This document shows, piece after piece, positions 9,589-18,634 of a stretch of DNA of 55,583 nucleotides; positions within the stretch are counted from its first letter, which is position 1; each line of letters opens with the position of its first letter. This DNA is from a bacterium (GTDB taxonomy: Bacteria; Patescibacteriota; Microgenomatia; UBA1400; UBA12108). The DNA lies in assembly GCA_037133595.1 (NCBI GenBank), contig JBAXNV010000003.1, forward strand, positions 1 to 55,583. The letters are read 5' to 3'. The translations under genes and the position numbers were made by a program. The notes under the pieces are model-generated. The model did not search any database and was not told the DNA's origin. It saw only the letters and a program-made list of their open reading frames with translations.

Positions 9589-10284
9589 ATGGATGGAATC
9601 TTGCCAGTATGTAAACCAGTGGGGATTAGTAGCTACGATGTGATCAGAGTTTTTAAGCAAAATAATCCTCCACCACCCGGTCAAAAAAGATGGAAAATTG
9701 GCCACGGCGGCACATTAGATCCATTTGCCGAAGGGGTGCTTTTACTACTATTAGGGAAAGCAACCAAAATGATGAATGAACTTCAAAGTTTGCCAAAGAC
9801 ATATGTTGCAACGGCGATACTAGGAGCAAGCTCAGACACGCTCGATTGCACTGGAGTTGTTACCACGCAGACTAGCGAAATAGATAGCAAGCAGATCGAT
9901 CGGCTGGATCAAATCTTACCTAAGTTTTTGGGGGAGATTGAGCAAAAAGTGCCCGACTTTTCGGCTGCCAAAGTAAATGGCACACCACGATACCTACTTG
10001 CAAGAGAGGGTAAAGTGATGGAAACCAAAATCAAGAAAGTCTTTGTGCACAAACTAAAGATTGAGGAAGTTGCTTGGCCCAATGTAGTTTTGCTTGCAAC
10101 CGTGTCTTCGGGCACCTATATTCGCCAGCTTAGCTATGACATTTTTGCATTACTTGGCATCGAAAGCCATCTTAGCAAACTGGTGAGAACAAAAATTGGA
10201 CAGTATGAGGTGGGGGCGTGCGCTACGATTGAAGAAGTGGAAAATGGTGCATGGCGGCTTCGAATGCTTTCTCGCGGTGAGTAG
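9589..10284 (+). CDS. truB: tRNA pseudouridine(55) synthase
   Basis: KPVGISSYD, GHGGTLDPFAEGVL, SAAKVNG and SSGTYIR motifs. Lacks the PUA domain. Confidence 0.95.
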   Translation: MDGILPVCKPVGISSYDVIRVFKQNNPPPPGQKRWKIGHGGTLDPFAEGVLLLLLGKATKMMNELQSLPKTYVATAILGASSDTLDCTGVVTTQTSEIDSKQIDRLDQILPKFLGEIEQKVPDFSAAKVNGTPRYLLAREGKVMETKIKKVFVHKLKIEEVAWPNVVLLATVSSGTYIRQLSYDIFALLGIESHLSKLVRTKIGQYEVGACATIEEVENGAWRLRMLSRGE

Positions 10285-10828
10285 GATAAACCCCAAGAAT
10301 GTGGCCCAACATCTTTTGATATTGTGGCAGGAAAAAGATTGAATGAAATGGCATCCCCTCATCTCTAAGCTCAAGTGGCTCGAACGCAATCTCGCCTTCT
10401 AGGTACCCATCAAAAGTTTGGATAGGCTTGCCCGAGACTGCAACTGCAAGAACCGTATGAAACTTGGCTTGCCTCTGCCCAACTAGTACCCCCTGCATTC
10501 TTTTAAGACAGTAACTTATTACCTCCTCGTCGGTTAGCTCCTTGTTATGATCAACCCATCTGCGAACATAAATCCCAGGCTCGCCACCAAGCGCTTTGAT
10601 CTCTACTCCAGTATCGTCGCCGATTACAATCGTGCCCTCTGGAACATGAGGGATATATGCCATGGCCTTAAGCTTTGCATTCTCTTTAAGAGTGCTCCCC
10701 TTTTCATCAACCTTGAGATTGAGACCAAAGTCATGTGGACTCAAAAGCTTAACACCAAATGAACTAGCTACCTGAGCCATCTCTTTGAACTTGCCGGGAT
10801 TGGTGGTTGCGTAGAGAACTTGATTCAT
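10223..10828 (-). CDS. rdgB: Non-canonical purine NTP pyrophosphatase (HAM1/RdgB)
   Basis: ATTNPGK, ENAKLKA, DDTGVEIKALGGEPGIY and THR motifs. Confidence 0.9.
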   Translation of the reverse strand: MNQVLYATTNPGKFKEMAQVASSFGVKLLSPHDFGLNLKVDEKGSTLKENAKLKAMAYIPHVPEGTIVIGDDTGVEIKALGGEPGIYVRRWVDHNKELTDEEVISYCLKRMQGVLVGQRQAKFHTVLAVAVSGKPIQTFDGYLEGEIAFEPLELRDEGMPFHSIFFLPQYQKMLGHILGVYPTHREKAFEAAMHHFPLLQS

Positions 10829-11217
10829 TGCAACTTTTTTTCTTCAAGCTTGGCACGAAGAATTAATACTGGGACAAGAACAGCGAGAGTTGATAGGATG
10901 CCTGCAAGTGATTGATTGGCGAGTGCAAGCCCAAAAAACGTAAGTGTAATACCTAAGTACATTGGGTGCTTATATCTCCCATATAGCCCGTGAGTTACGC
11001 GCTTGCGAGTGACTGGCAAAACTCCAAAAGAATGACCAAGCTGAAGGTAGCTAATAATCCAAAATATTACGCCAGTGCCACAAAGAGCAAGACCAAAAAG
11101 CTGGAATACAAGCGGTACGGCAATGGTGCCGCCAAGCCATACTGTATACAAAACTCCAAAGTACAAAAGAGGGATCGCAATAGTACCGTAAAATTCCAAG
11201 ATATACTTCAATTTCAT
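10825..11217 (-). CDS. ICMT/PEMT-family membrane methyltransferase
   Basis: LGHSF, VTHGLYGRYKHPMYLG and RAKLEEK motifs. ATGA-coupled at both ends. Confidence 0.8.
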   Translation of the reverse strand: MKLKYILEFYGTIAIPLLYFGVLYTVWLGGTIAVPLVFQLFGLALCGTGVIFWIISYLQLGHSFGVLPVTRKRVTHGLYGRYKHPMYLGITLTFFGLALANQSLAGILSTLAVLVPVLILRAKLEEKKLQ

Positions 11218-12140
11218 TGTTGCCTCCAGATTTTTCCTAACCAAGCCAGAGATAAACGCAGGTTGGTTCGCCAAACACCCCAGGTATGCCAACCACTTGT
11301 AGCGCGGAACTCGTGCTCGATATTAAGACCCGTAAGTAGTGCGTCAAACTGTTGGTTGACTGGGAGATACTGATTGTCGCTTTGACCAACATCAAAATAT
11401 ATGTGAATGTGTGGAGCACTTGGGAGCGTGGGCAAATATAAGAGCGGGCTATTGTAAAGATATGCCGCTTGATCATCGCCCGAAAGTTTTTTGCTTGCTG
11501 GGTCATTATCTAGGAAGTACCCGCTGTGGCTGATTGCGGAGGAAAAAACATTGGGATTGTGGACCAAGAGATTAACTGCTCCATATGCTCCAGTCGAAAT
11601 ACCGCCGAGTGCGCGACTGGCTGAGCTGGTGCTTGTGTTGAAGGTGGAGTCGATCGCTGGGACAAGCTCTTTAACAATGTGATCTTCCATGGGCTGATTG
11701 ATGAGCGTTGCGTTTTGATACTGGCTATCATTACTTTTTGCTCCATTGCCATCCAAAAGAATTACCAAGAGTGGGGGGATTTGCCCACCTGCTATAAGCT
11801 CGTCGAGTAGCTCTGCCAAGCCAGCATTAATAAGCCAATCTTTGGGACCACCAGCAAACCCGTGCAGCAAATACAAAGTTGGATAGCTATCTTGTTGAGA
11901 TTGATAAAGCGGCGGCAAGTAAACATAGGCTGTACGATCACTACCCAATAATTTGCTATGAAAAGTAAAGGGAGTGACGAGGCCACGAGGGATATCTGCC
12001 GACTTGTTGATTACCTGACTAGCGCGATTTAGATAACCATACCAAAGATGGTTGATAACAGTTAAAAATTCTCCAAAATATTGAACAAAAAAAACGATGA
12101 TAATAATAATAAGAACAACTACGCGCGCAATTTTTTTCAT
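11214..12140 (-). CDS. Membrane-anchored alpha/beta-hydrolase esterase (Fes/antigen-85-like)
   Basis: N-terminal TM segment; VYLPP.Y, YPTLYLLHG, GISTG nucleophile elbow, DVGQSD and HTW motifs. Confidence 0.9.
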   Translation of the reverse strand: MKKIARVVVLIIIIIVFFVQYFGEFLTVINHLWYGYLNRASQVINKSADIPRGLVTPFTFHSKLLGSDRTAYVYLPPLYQSQQDSYPTLYLLHGFAGGPKDWLINAGLAELLDELIAGGQIPPLLVILLDGNGAKSNDSQYQNATLINQPMEDHIVKELVPAIDSTFNTSTSSASRALGGISTGAYGAVNLLVHNPNVFSSAISHSGYFLDNDPASKKLSGDDQAAYLYNSPLLYLPTLPSAPHIHIYFDVGQSDNQYLPVNQQFDALLTGLNIEHEFRATSGWHTWGVWRTNLRLSLAWLGKIWRQQ

Positions 12141-13750
12141 GCCACATTACCCATGTGTAGTCGTAGAATCGACAACAGAACAGCAGGCAGCTCATGATTG
12201 TTTTGATAGACCAAATACTTGGGAACCCAAACTGGAGCAAACTTGTTCTTAAATGCCCTTAGTGGCAAGAATTTGTACCACTTCTCGATTCGTTTGAGAA
12301 TGCTAGCTTGAGCACGATTTTGATCCGTACTAGCAAGTGGCACGAGGCTGAGATTGAGCTTGGTATAACCTGCTTTGCCAAAGTAGTTAATGGCTTCGAC
12401 GATTGCAGATTCCATAATCCCATTTGGGGCAACCTGGCTTTTGAGCATAAGATCCAATACGCACTTTTTTTGACGTGCATAAGAAAAAAATGATAGTGCG
12501 CAAACTAGCTTGTCTTGCTGATACCCAGCCAAAACGTACCCTTCCTGAGAGGTTGGGAAGGGGAAGTACTCGACTGAAAAATGCATGGGGGGGATATTTT
12601 TGGCAGCTATCCACTCGGCGTGAAGAACCTCGATTTGTTTGAGTAGATGCCAGGGTATATCACCAAAATGATACCAAACAAAACAAATACCACTTTTGAG
12701 GATTTTGGTATTGGCATTGCGCACGTCTTTGAGATTTGAGCCAGACAAAGCAAAACTGGGGATATCGATTACAGCCTCTTCACCAACTGAGATAAGACGC
12801 AAATTGTGCGATTGATAAATCTCCTTATTGTCGCCGTCTGCGTTGTACCACACAGCCTTGAGCCCACAAGTATGGCAGTAGTCGATAAAATTTTGGATGA
12901 TTGGGGCTATCTCTTCGTGATACCCAATTGGATCACCGAGAACCACGGCATAATTACTATTGATTGCGTAAGCTATAAAAGCTGTTTTGTCGGCATTAAA
13001 AAATAATTTCTTGTCGCTCATCAAGCACAGAGGTGAGACAGAGTTGGTGCTGAGTCGACTTACTAGTGAGGATGCAACCCCCCAGGCTTCACTACTCTGT
13101 GACTGACGGCTGACAAAAGGAGCAAAGAAGGCCGAGAAAATAAATATGAGGCTGGCAGTTTCTAGGACAGAGATAGATTGGTGGAACCAGCGCGCCCTAG
13201 CAGTAGTTGGCGTTAGTACGTGCCTCCCATAACCGGTACTTAGATACATCGACTCTTGCGCTATCAAAGACGGAGTTGGAGCAGTATGAAAGCCCGATGA
13301 TAAAGCATAGTACCCGACAACAATATAACCAAGTGTAACAAATAACGTAATTGCGATTGTTTTGAGAATGCCCTTGTTGGTAATAGCACTACTTTTGACA
13401 TAAAAAAGATGCCTGGTGCGGACAAGAACAACAAGAGCCATGATATTGATAACTGTTTCTTCGATATCGAGGCCTTTGATAAGGTGAGTAATTAGCGAAG
13501 GAACAAGTAAGAGAATTGCAATAAACCACGCTCTCCCTTTGCGCTCGTACAGCTCTTTGGAAACGAGAATTAAGAGAATGCCGATAATTACTGTGATTGT
13601 GCGAGACAAGTTGCTAACTTGGAGGGGTATAAACTGCGCCAAAAAGACTATACGAGTGGGGGCCTGCGCCCAGAGAGAAGAGATGATGTTGATCACTCCA
13701 GCTATAAAAATGAATAAGGCAATAAAACTTACCAGGCGCGAACTACGCAT
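12137..13750 (-). CDS. MprF/LysX-like aminoacyl-phosphatidylglycerol synthase (TM region + DUF2156 catalytic domain)
   Basis: HLIKGLDIEE TM motif; VVLGDPIG, GEEAVID, DLM....APNGIME and LRAFKNKF.P.W.P.YL motifs. Start placed at ATG 13750, downstream of TATAAT. Confidence 0.88.
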   Translation of the reverse strand: MRSSRLVSFIALFIFIAGVINIISSLWAQAPTRIVFLAQFIPLQVSNLSRTITVIIGILLILVSKELYERKGRAWFIAILLLVPSLITHLIKGLDIEETVINIMALVVLVRTRHLFYVKSSAITNKGILKTIAITLFVTLGYIVVGYYALSSGFHTAPTPSLIAQESMYLSTGYGRHVLTPTTARARWFHQSISVLETASLIFIFSAFFAPFVSRQSQSSEAWGVASSLVSRLSTNSVSPLCLMSDKKLFFNADKTAFIAYAINSNYAVVLGDPIGYHEEIAPIIQNFIDYCHTCGLKAVWYNADGDNKEIYQSHNLRLISVGEEAVIDIPSFALSGSNLKDVRNANTKILKSGICFVWYHFGDIPWHLLKQIEVLHAEWIAAKNIPPMHFSVEYFPFPTSQEGYVLAGYQQDKLVCALSFFSYARQKKCVLDLMLKSQVAPNGIMESAIVEAINYFGKAGYTKLNLSLVPLASTDQNRAQASILKRIEKWYKFLPLRAFKNKFAPVWVPKYLVYQNNHELPAVLLSILRLHMGNVA

Positions 13751-13775
13751 ATGTGGTTTATTATACTCAACTTCG

Positions 13776-15092
13776 TCACTTACATACAAACTGGTACACG
13801 TGCCATGAAAATCGGACAAAACACTCGCCTTCTGGGCGAAAATTTACTGGCCTTTGATTGTCGCCGAGATAGATATAGAGCGGCTTGGGGAGTTTTTTTA
13901 ATAGATCAAGCTCGATAGTACGGTTGCCACTAAGCCAAAATTGGTCCCACTCATTGTACGACCAGTAGATGTCGTACTCACCGAACCCCGGAGTAATGGG
14001 CTTGCGCAAAGAATATCCATAAACCCAGGGAGTGTATTCATTATCGGCGACGAGAATATATGAGCCTGGCTCGGTTGTACGCAAGAGCGCTATTTCCTTG
14101 AATTCATCTTCCTGGATAAGAGTTTTAGAGGCTTTGAGGAACTGCATACAGAAAATTAAGGCAAGAGCCATAAAATATATACAAAGTGTTTTTACCTTTA
14201 ATTTTGCGAGTGTTGCCGAAGCAAATATTATTAGAAGAATATCAAGCATGGGGATAAACCTTCGAGAAAGAAAGACTCCAAAAGCAAAGAAGGCGCTAAC
14301 CAAAAGCGTGCGTGCTAGTTCGGGATATTTGCGAAAGTTGTTCCACACCCCGACAACTGCAAGGGGGAGGTATGGCAACATATACCAAATAGATTCTTTG
14401 ACACTATAAAATGTACCAGACTCTTGCCCATACTTGCCAGACAGAAATCCAGGTACGATACTCGTTGCAAATGCTGGCAAAAATGGTAATAGAGTGTGAG
14501 CAAAATTGGGGAGATAGTAGGCAGCAAAAGTAAGTGCTACTACGGCAATTACCTTGTAGTTAGCGCGAGCCATTAATAGCACTCCCATGAGGATTGCGGT
14601 AGGCTGGTGAAGAAGAACTAGCGCGGGGGCAATAAGATATATCCATTTACTTTTGCGCCGCAGCATTACTGCAAGTACTAGTAAAAGCGATACGGCAAAA
14701 ATATTCTTGACGTAGTAGTACCAATAAAAGCGATACTGAATAATAGAGAGGGAGAGGAGAGCCACGGCGATCGTTGCGGCTTTGGTGTTAAAGAAGTTTT
14801 TGACAAGAAAATATGTAGCTGCAAAAAGTGAGAGAGCGGCAAGAAGAATAAGAGGGATTAAGATCTGTTCGGGAGTAAAGATGGGGGTAACGAGCCAAAC
14901 AAGGAATGGCAACAGTGGGGGATATACCTCGACAAGCCAACTAGGGAGACTGGTAAACGAAAATGGTGAGATATGGGAGTAGATGCGAAAGAGGTAGAGA
15001 TAAAGACCTGGATCGTAGCCAAGGGGCACGACCGAGGAGAAGTAAGGGAAAATGCGGATCAAAAGATAAGCGATAAATATAATATAAATCAT
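13776..15092 (-). CDS. Polytopic membrane protein, probable GT-C glycosyltransferase
   Basis: 'PLGYDPGLY' loop after TM1, YPPL motif, about 11 TM segments and a soluble C-terminal domain. Confidence 0.65.
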   Translation of the reverse strand: MIYIIFIAYLLIRIFPYFSSVVPLGYDPGLYLYLFRIYSHISPFSFTSLPSWLVEVYPPLLPFLVWLVTPIFTPEQILIPLILLAALSLFAATYFLVKNFFNTKAATIAVALLSLSIIQYRFYWYYYVKNIFAVSLLLVLAVMLRRKSKWIYLIAPALVLLHQPTAILMGVLLMARANYKVIAVVALTFAAYYLPNFAHTLLPFLPAFATSIVPGFLSGKYGQESGTFYSVKESIWYMLPYLPLAVVGVWNNFRKYPELARTLLVSAFFAFGVFLSRRFIPMLDILLIIFASATLAKLKVKTLCIYFMALALIFCMQFLKASKTLIQEDEFKEIALLRTTEPGSYILVADNEYTPWVYGYSLRKPITPGFGEYDIYWSYNEWDQFWLSGNRTIELDLLKKLPKPLYIYLGDNQRPVNFRPEGECFVRFSWHVYQFVCK

Positions 15093-15874
15093 TGTGCACT
15101 AGCCTCACCCAAGATCACAATTATCTGGTGCGCGCCGCCTGTTGCTAGAGGAGCAGTAAGCACAACACTATATGTCTGGCGCAGAATATCTGCAACCTGA
15201 TTACCCGCACCCGCGTCCCCTTCCCCGAACATAACTGTTGTACTTGTAATCCCTGGATCTGGATCGACTGCCCCGCCGACTATTACGTAGCCATGACCGG
15301 ACAAAATTTGTTTGTAACTATTGATATAGCTTGCACTCCCCGAATGATTGTAAAGAACAATCTGGTAGTCGGCTGGATTGATACTAATTGCTGTAGTTTC
15401 TAAGCTAGGAGAGAACTTGATTTTATTTAACCCCCAGATGCCTGTAGGTACGAGAATAATGAGTACAAGCACCAGATACTTGCGAGAAATTTTGGGAGCG
15501 TGCCACTCGTAGTCCTCTGGCAATACAACTAAAACAGAGGTTAGTAATATTAGGATACCCGACAAGCCGGAGATGATTTGGCGAAGAGGCGGCTCAAGAT
15601 CGATCTTGTAGTAGATAAGCCCGGCACCCAAGAAGCTAAGTATGAGAGCTACCAAGAGATCGGACTTGTGGAATGGTTCTTGCTTGGGCTCAACCTCGGG
15701 GAGCGGGAAGATTGCACTGCCGATGCCAAAGATAAGAACTGGGTAGAGAAAGTAGTTGAGCGAGAAAACTGAGGAAACAACTCCCGGCACTACACTTTCG
15801 AGCAAAAATAAGATGAGATACAACACCAAACTAAAGGAGAAAAGAATGGACAATAATTGGCGCCACATGGACAT
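15089..15874 (-). CDS. Membrane protein with C-terminal LytR_C-like domain
   Basis: 5 TM segments followed by 'IVLYNHSG...L..HGY.IV...TTVMF...IIVILG'. Confidence 0.65.
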   Translation of the reverse strand: MSMWRQLLSILFSFSLVLYLILFLLESVVPGVVSSVFSLNYFLYPVLIFGIGSAIFPLPEVEPKQEPFHKSDLLVALILSFLGAGLIYYKIDLEPPLRQIISGLSGILILLTSVLVVLPEDYEWHAPKISRKYLVLVLIILVPTGIWGLNKIKFSPSLETTAISINPADYQIVLYNHSGSASYINSYKQILSGHGYVIVGGAVDPDPGITSTTVMFGEGDAGAGNQVADILRQTYSVVLTAPLATGGAHQIIVILGEASAQ

Positions 15875-15879
15875 ATTAT

Positions 15880-17304
15880 TTACTTGGAAATAAGCGTGAG
15901 GTCGAGCGCACTAATCTCGAGTGTGCCGCCGTGCTTGTCGAGCTCTGGGATAGCTAACTCAAAGAAGATTTTATCACCCTTGAGTTGATAGTCGGAGGAG
16001 CTAAGTAGTAGATCGGATACAGTCCAGTCGCCATCTTTGGTGGTTGGGGGGAGAGTTGTTAGGATGTAGTCAAAGTTCTCTGTAATACTAGTTGGGGTTT
16101 CAAAGCTATTAAGTGCCTGTGACCGAGAGATTGTACTTGGATCAAAATAGCTTTCCTGGGAGAAACTAAGATAGCCTGTAGTGGATAAGCTCATGTTACC
16201 TTTGGGGACCGCGATCTTGTAGAGCTCACCTTGCTTTTTGCCGGGGGAGAGTTTGTTTAGGTCAAATTCGTACTTTGTTTTGATTTCTTTAACCGGTAGA
16301 TCTGCCTTGTCGTCGAGACGAAGATCTTGAACGGAAGATTCCCAGCTAGTGTTGGCCGTAAGCTTGGGAGAGTCGGCGTAGACCGTGGTTGCAACGCCAC
16401 CATAAGCCAAGAACCCACCGGCAAAGATCACCCTCTTTTGGTTGATTTCTATCCTACTTACGTAGCTATCGGCCCCCTGACTATCATATGCAAGCTCGAG
16501 CTGGTAGACCCCGGGTTTGGCCGCTGTTACAGTGATTTCACCTTGCTGAGGAGCTGTTTTGCTACTACTTTTATCTTTTATGCCATCATCGCCGATTGTT
16601 GCTTCCTTGACCTTGGTGCCATTGAGCGTGAGCGTGAGGTGGAGAATATCCTCCCCTTCGTACATATTTATGTCTTGCTTGTTGAGCTTGATGCGTAGAT
16701 CCCCTCCCGTATGGAGGATTTGTATCGTGGCACCACCTCGGATAGGGGTAGTGATTATTGTGGCTACTGGCTTGGCTTCTTTGGGATAAATTGCCTGGAT
16801 TATGGTAGCAGGATCGACCATGTAAGTGCCTAGCTTTTTGTCTTGGCTGAGATTTTTTAACATGTCACCAATTTTGGTAAACTGCCTATTCTTTTGGTAC
16901 AACATGAGCCCATTCTCCTCTACCTTGTCCCAAGATATGCCCACAAGCGGAGCAAAGTAGAGACTACGATAGACAAAAGGACTAGATTCGTCGCCTCTTA
17001 CCCCGAGCTTGATCTCGGACTGGCCAGATTTGTAGGCCATGTGGACCTTAATATTCGATAGATTCTTGGGGATTGGGAGCGAGAAGCGAGTGGACTTGGT
17101 CTTGATGATAGTACCTTGCATGGTAAGCTTGTTGGCAGAGCGATCGAGGGAGATAAACGAGTCGGTAGTTGGGAGGTCTTGCGTGTACTTGTAGGTTAAA
17201 GCCTTGCCAAAAGGGGCAATATAGCTAAAAGCAAGTTTGCCAACAATATAGACAATGACAAAATATAGTACTGCAAAGAGAATATTCTTTTTGTTAGTAG
17301 GCAT
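15880..17304 (-). CDS. Membrane-anchored exported hypothetical protein (beta-rich)
   Basis: The start MPTNKK at 17304 follows TGaTACAAT. Single N-terminal TM segment. The longer ORF-track start overlaps the flippase gene. Confidence 0.75.
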   Translation of the reverse strand: MPTNKKNILFAVLYFVIVYIVGKLAFSYIAPFGKALTYKYTQDLPTTDSFISLDRSANKLTMQGTIIKTKSTRFSLPIPKNLSNIKVHMAYKSGQSEIKLGVRGDESSPFVYRSLYFAPLVGISWDKVEENGLMLYQKNRQFTKIGDMLKNLSQDKKLGTYMVDPATIIQAIYPKEAKPVATIITTPIRGGATIQILHTGGDLRIKLNKQDINMYEGEDILHLTLTLNGTKVKEATIGDDGIKDKSSSKTAPQQGEITVTAAKPGVYQLELAYDSQGADSYVSRIEINQKRVIFAGGFLAYGGVATTVYADSPKLTANTSWESSVQDLRLDDKADLPVKEIKTKYEFDLNKLSPGKKQGELYKIAVPKGNMSLSTTGYLSFSQESYFDPSTISRSQALNSFETPTSITENFDYILTTLPPTTKDGDWTVSDLLLSSSDYQLKGDKIFFELAIPELDKHGGTLEISALDLTLISK

Positions 17305-17362
17305 GTGTGGTATTGTATCAGAATATGTCATTAATGCAATTATATAGGATATAATGTTTTGT

Positions 17363-18634
17363 ATGAAAAAGATTAGAGAACTCTTACTACAAAATGTCAG
17401 CACAAGCCAGATCCTGGTAAAAAATTCCCTGTGGCTTGGGATGGTAGAGGTTGTTGCCAAGATCATTATGTTCTTTGTGACGATATCGGTTGTGCGCTAC
17501 TTTGGCGCAAGCGACTTTGGACGACTCAACTATGCCCAATCGTTCGTGGGCATTGTTATGCTACTTTCGGACTTTGGGATCAACACTATCCTGATTCGAG
17601 ATATTGCCAAGGACAAAAGACATGTAGCTGCATACCTGACAAGCGCTCTCTTTGTCAAACTAATTTCGACTCTTCTGGTTGTACTTTTGCTTGCCCTTAT
17701 TGTACCCAATCTTTCTAGTACTAGAGCTGATATTGCACTGTTTTTGTGGGTGGGGGCATTCTTGCTTATGCAGAGCTTAGGCGGACTTTTTAATGGGGTC
17801 TTAACGGCATATGAGCGAATGCAAGATATTTTTGTTACCCGTGTTATCTACTACCTATTGATCTTAGCTAGTGTAGTGACTGTTACCTATTTTCACCTCG
17901 ATTTGCATGCATTGCTATCGGCCTATACGCTGAGTGCCATTGCCGCGGCACTGGTTGCTACTATATTTTTGCGCAAACTTGCGATTGGATTGCTACCCAG
18001 AGTCGATATGGCGCTAACCAAAAGACTGCTACTGGAGAGCTTGCCCATATTTGGACTTTTGGCGATTAACCAGATATACCTCAACCTTGATACAGTGCTA
18101 ATCCGCATGAGCCACGGCGCTATTACGGTTGGATACTACCAGGCAGCATACAAGATACTTTTTGCATTCCAGGCCATCAACCTTATTTCGACTGCTACCT
18201 TCCCTCGCATTGCCGCGCTATATCACATGGGCGAGATGGCACAGCTAAAGAAGCTGGCCAAGCTGGTGTTAATTGGGACTAGCGCCGTATTTGTACCCTT
18301 TATTGCATTTGTCTTTGTTTTTGCACCTGCACTTATTAGCCGTATTTATGGTGCGAGTTACCTACCATCTGCAACTGTATTACCCATCTTATTAACGGCA
18401 GGCGTGATCATGTTTTATCGCACATTTATTGGCAACTTCTTTTTGGCTGCACATAGGCAGAGCTTGGTCTTCCGCGCCTCTTTGATAGGGCTATTCATAA
18501 ATGTTGCCCTCAACTATCTTCTCATCCCTCGTGTGGGGCTTGTACAGGGTGGGATATCTCTCGTTGTCAGTGAGAGTGTGATGCTTGGGATATTGGGTAG
18601 TTCACTGACACTTAAAAAGACTATCAGTAATTGA
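17363..18634 (+). CDS. wzx: Polysaccharide flippase (Wzx/MOP family)
   Basis: KNSLW, 'RYFG..DFG', DFGINTILIRDIA, 'VGYYQAAYK' and 'NYLLIP..G..G' motifs; about 12 TM segments. Confidence 0.88.
   Translation: MKKIRELLLQNVSTSQILVKNSLWLGMVEVVAKIIMFFVTISVVRYFGASDFGRLNYAQSFVGIVMLLSDFGINTILIRDIAKDKRHVAAYLTSALFVKLISTLLVVLLLALIVPNLSSTRADIALFLWVGAFLLMQSLGGLFNGVLTAYERMQDIFVTRVIYYLLILASVVTVTYFHLDLHALLSAYTLSAIAAALVATIFLRKLAIGLLPRVDMALTKRLLLESLPIFGLLAINQIYLNLDTVLIRMSHGAITVGYYQAAYKILFAFQAINLISTATFPRIAALYHMGEMAQLKKLAKLVLIGTSAVFVPFIAFVFVFAPALISRIYGASYLPSATVLPILLTAGVIMFYRTFIGNFFLAAHRQSLVFRASLIGLFINVALNYLLIPRVGLVQGGISLVVSESVMLGILGSSLTLKKTISN

Noticed and set aside
10223-10284. 62-bp convergent overlap of truB and rdgB (also 33 bp at wzx/GT-C)
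   Set aside because: Tail-to-tail overlaps are common in compact genomes, and both proteins look complete.
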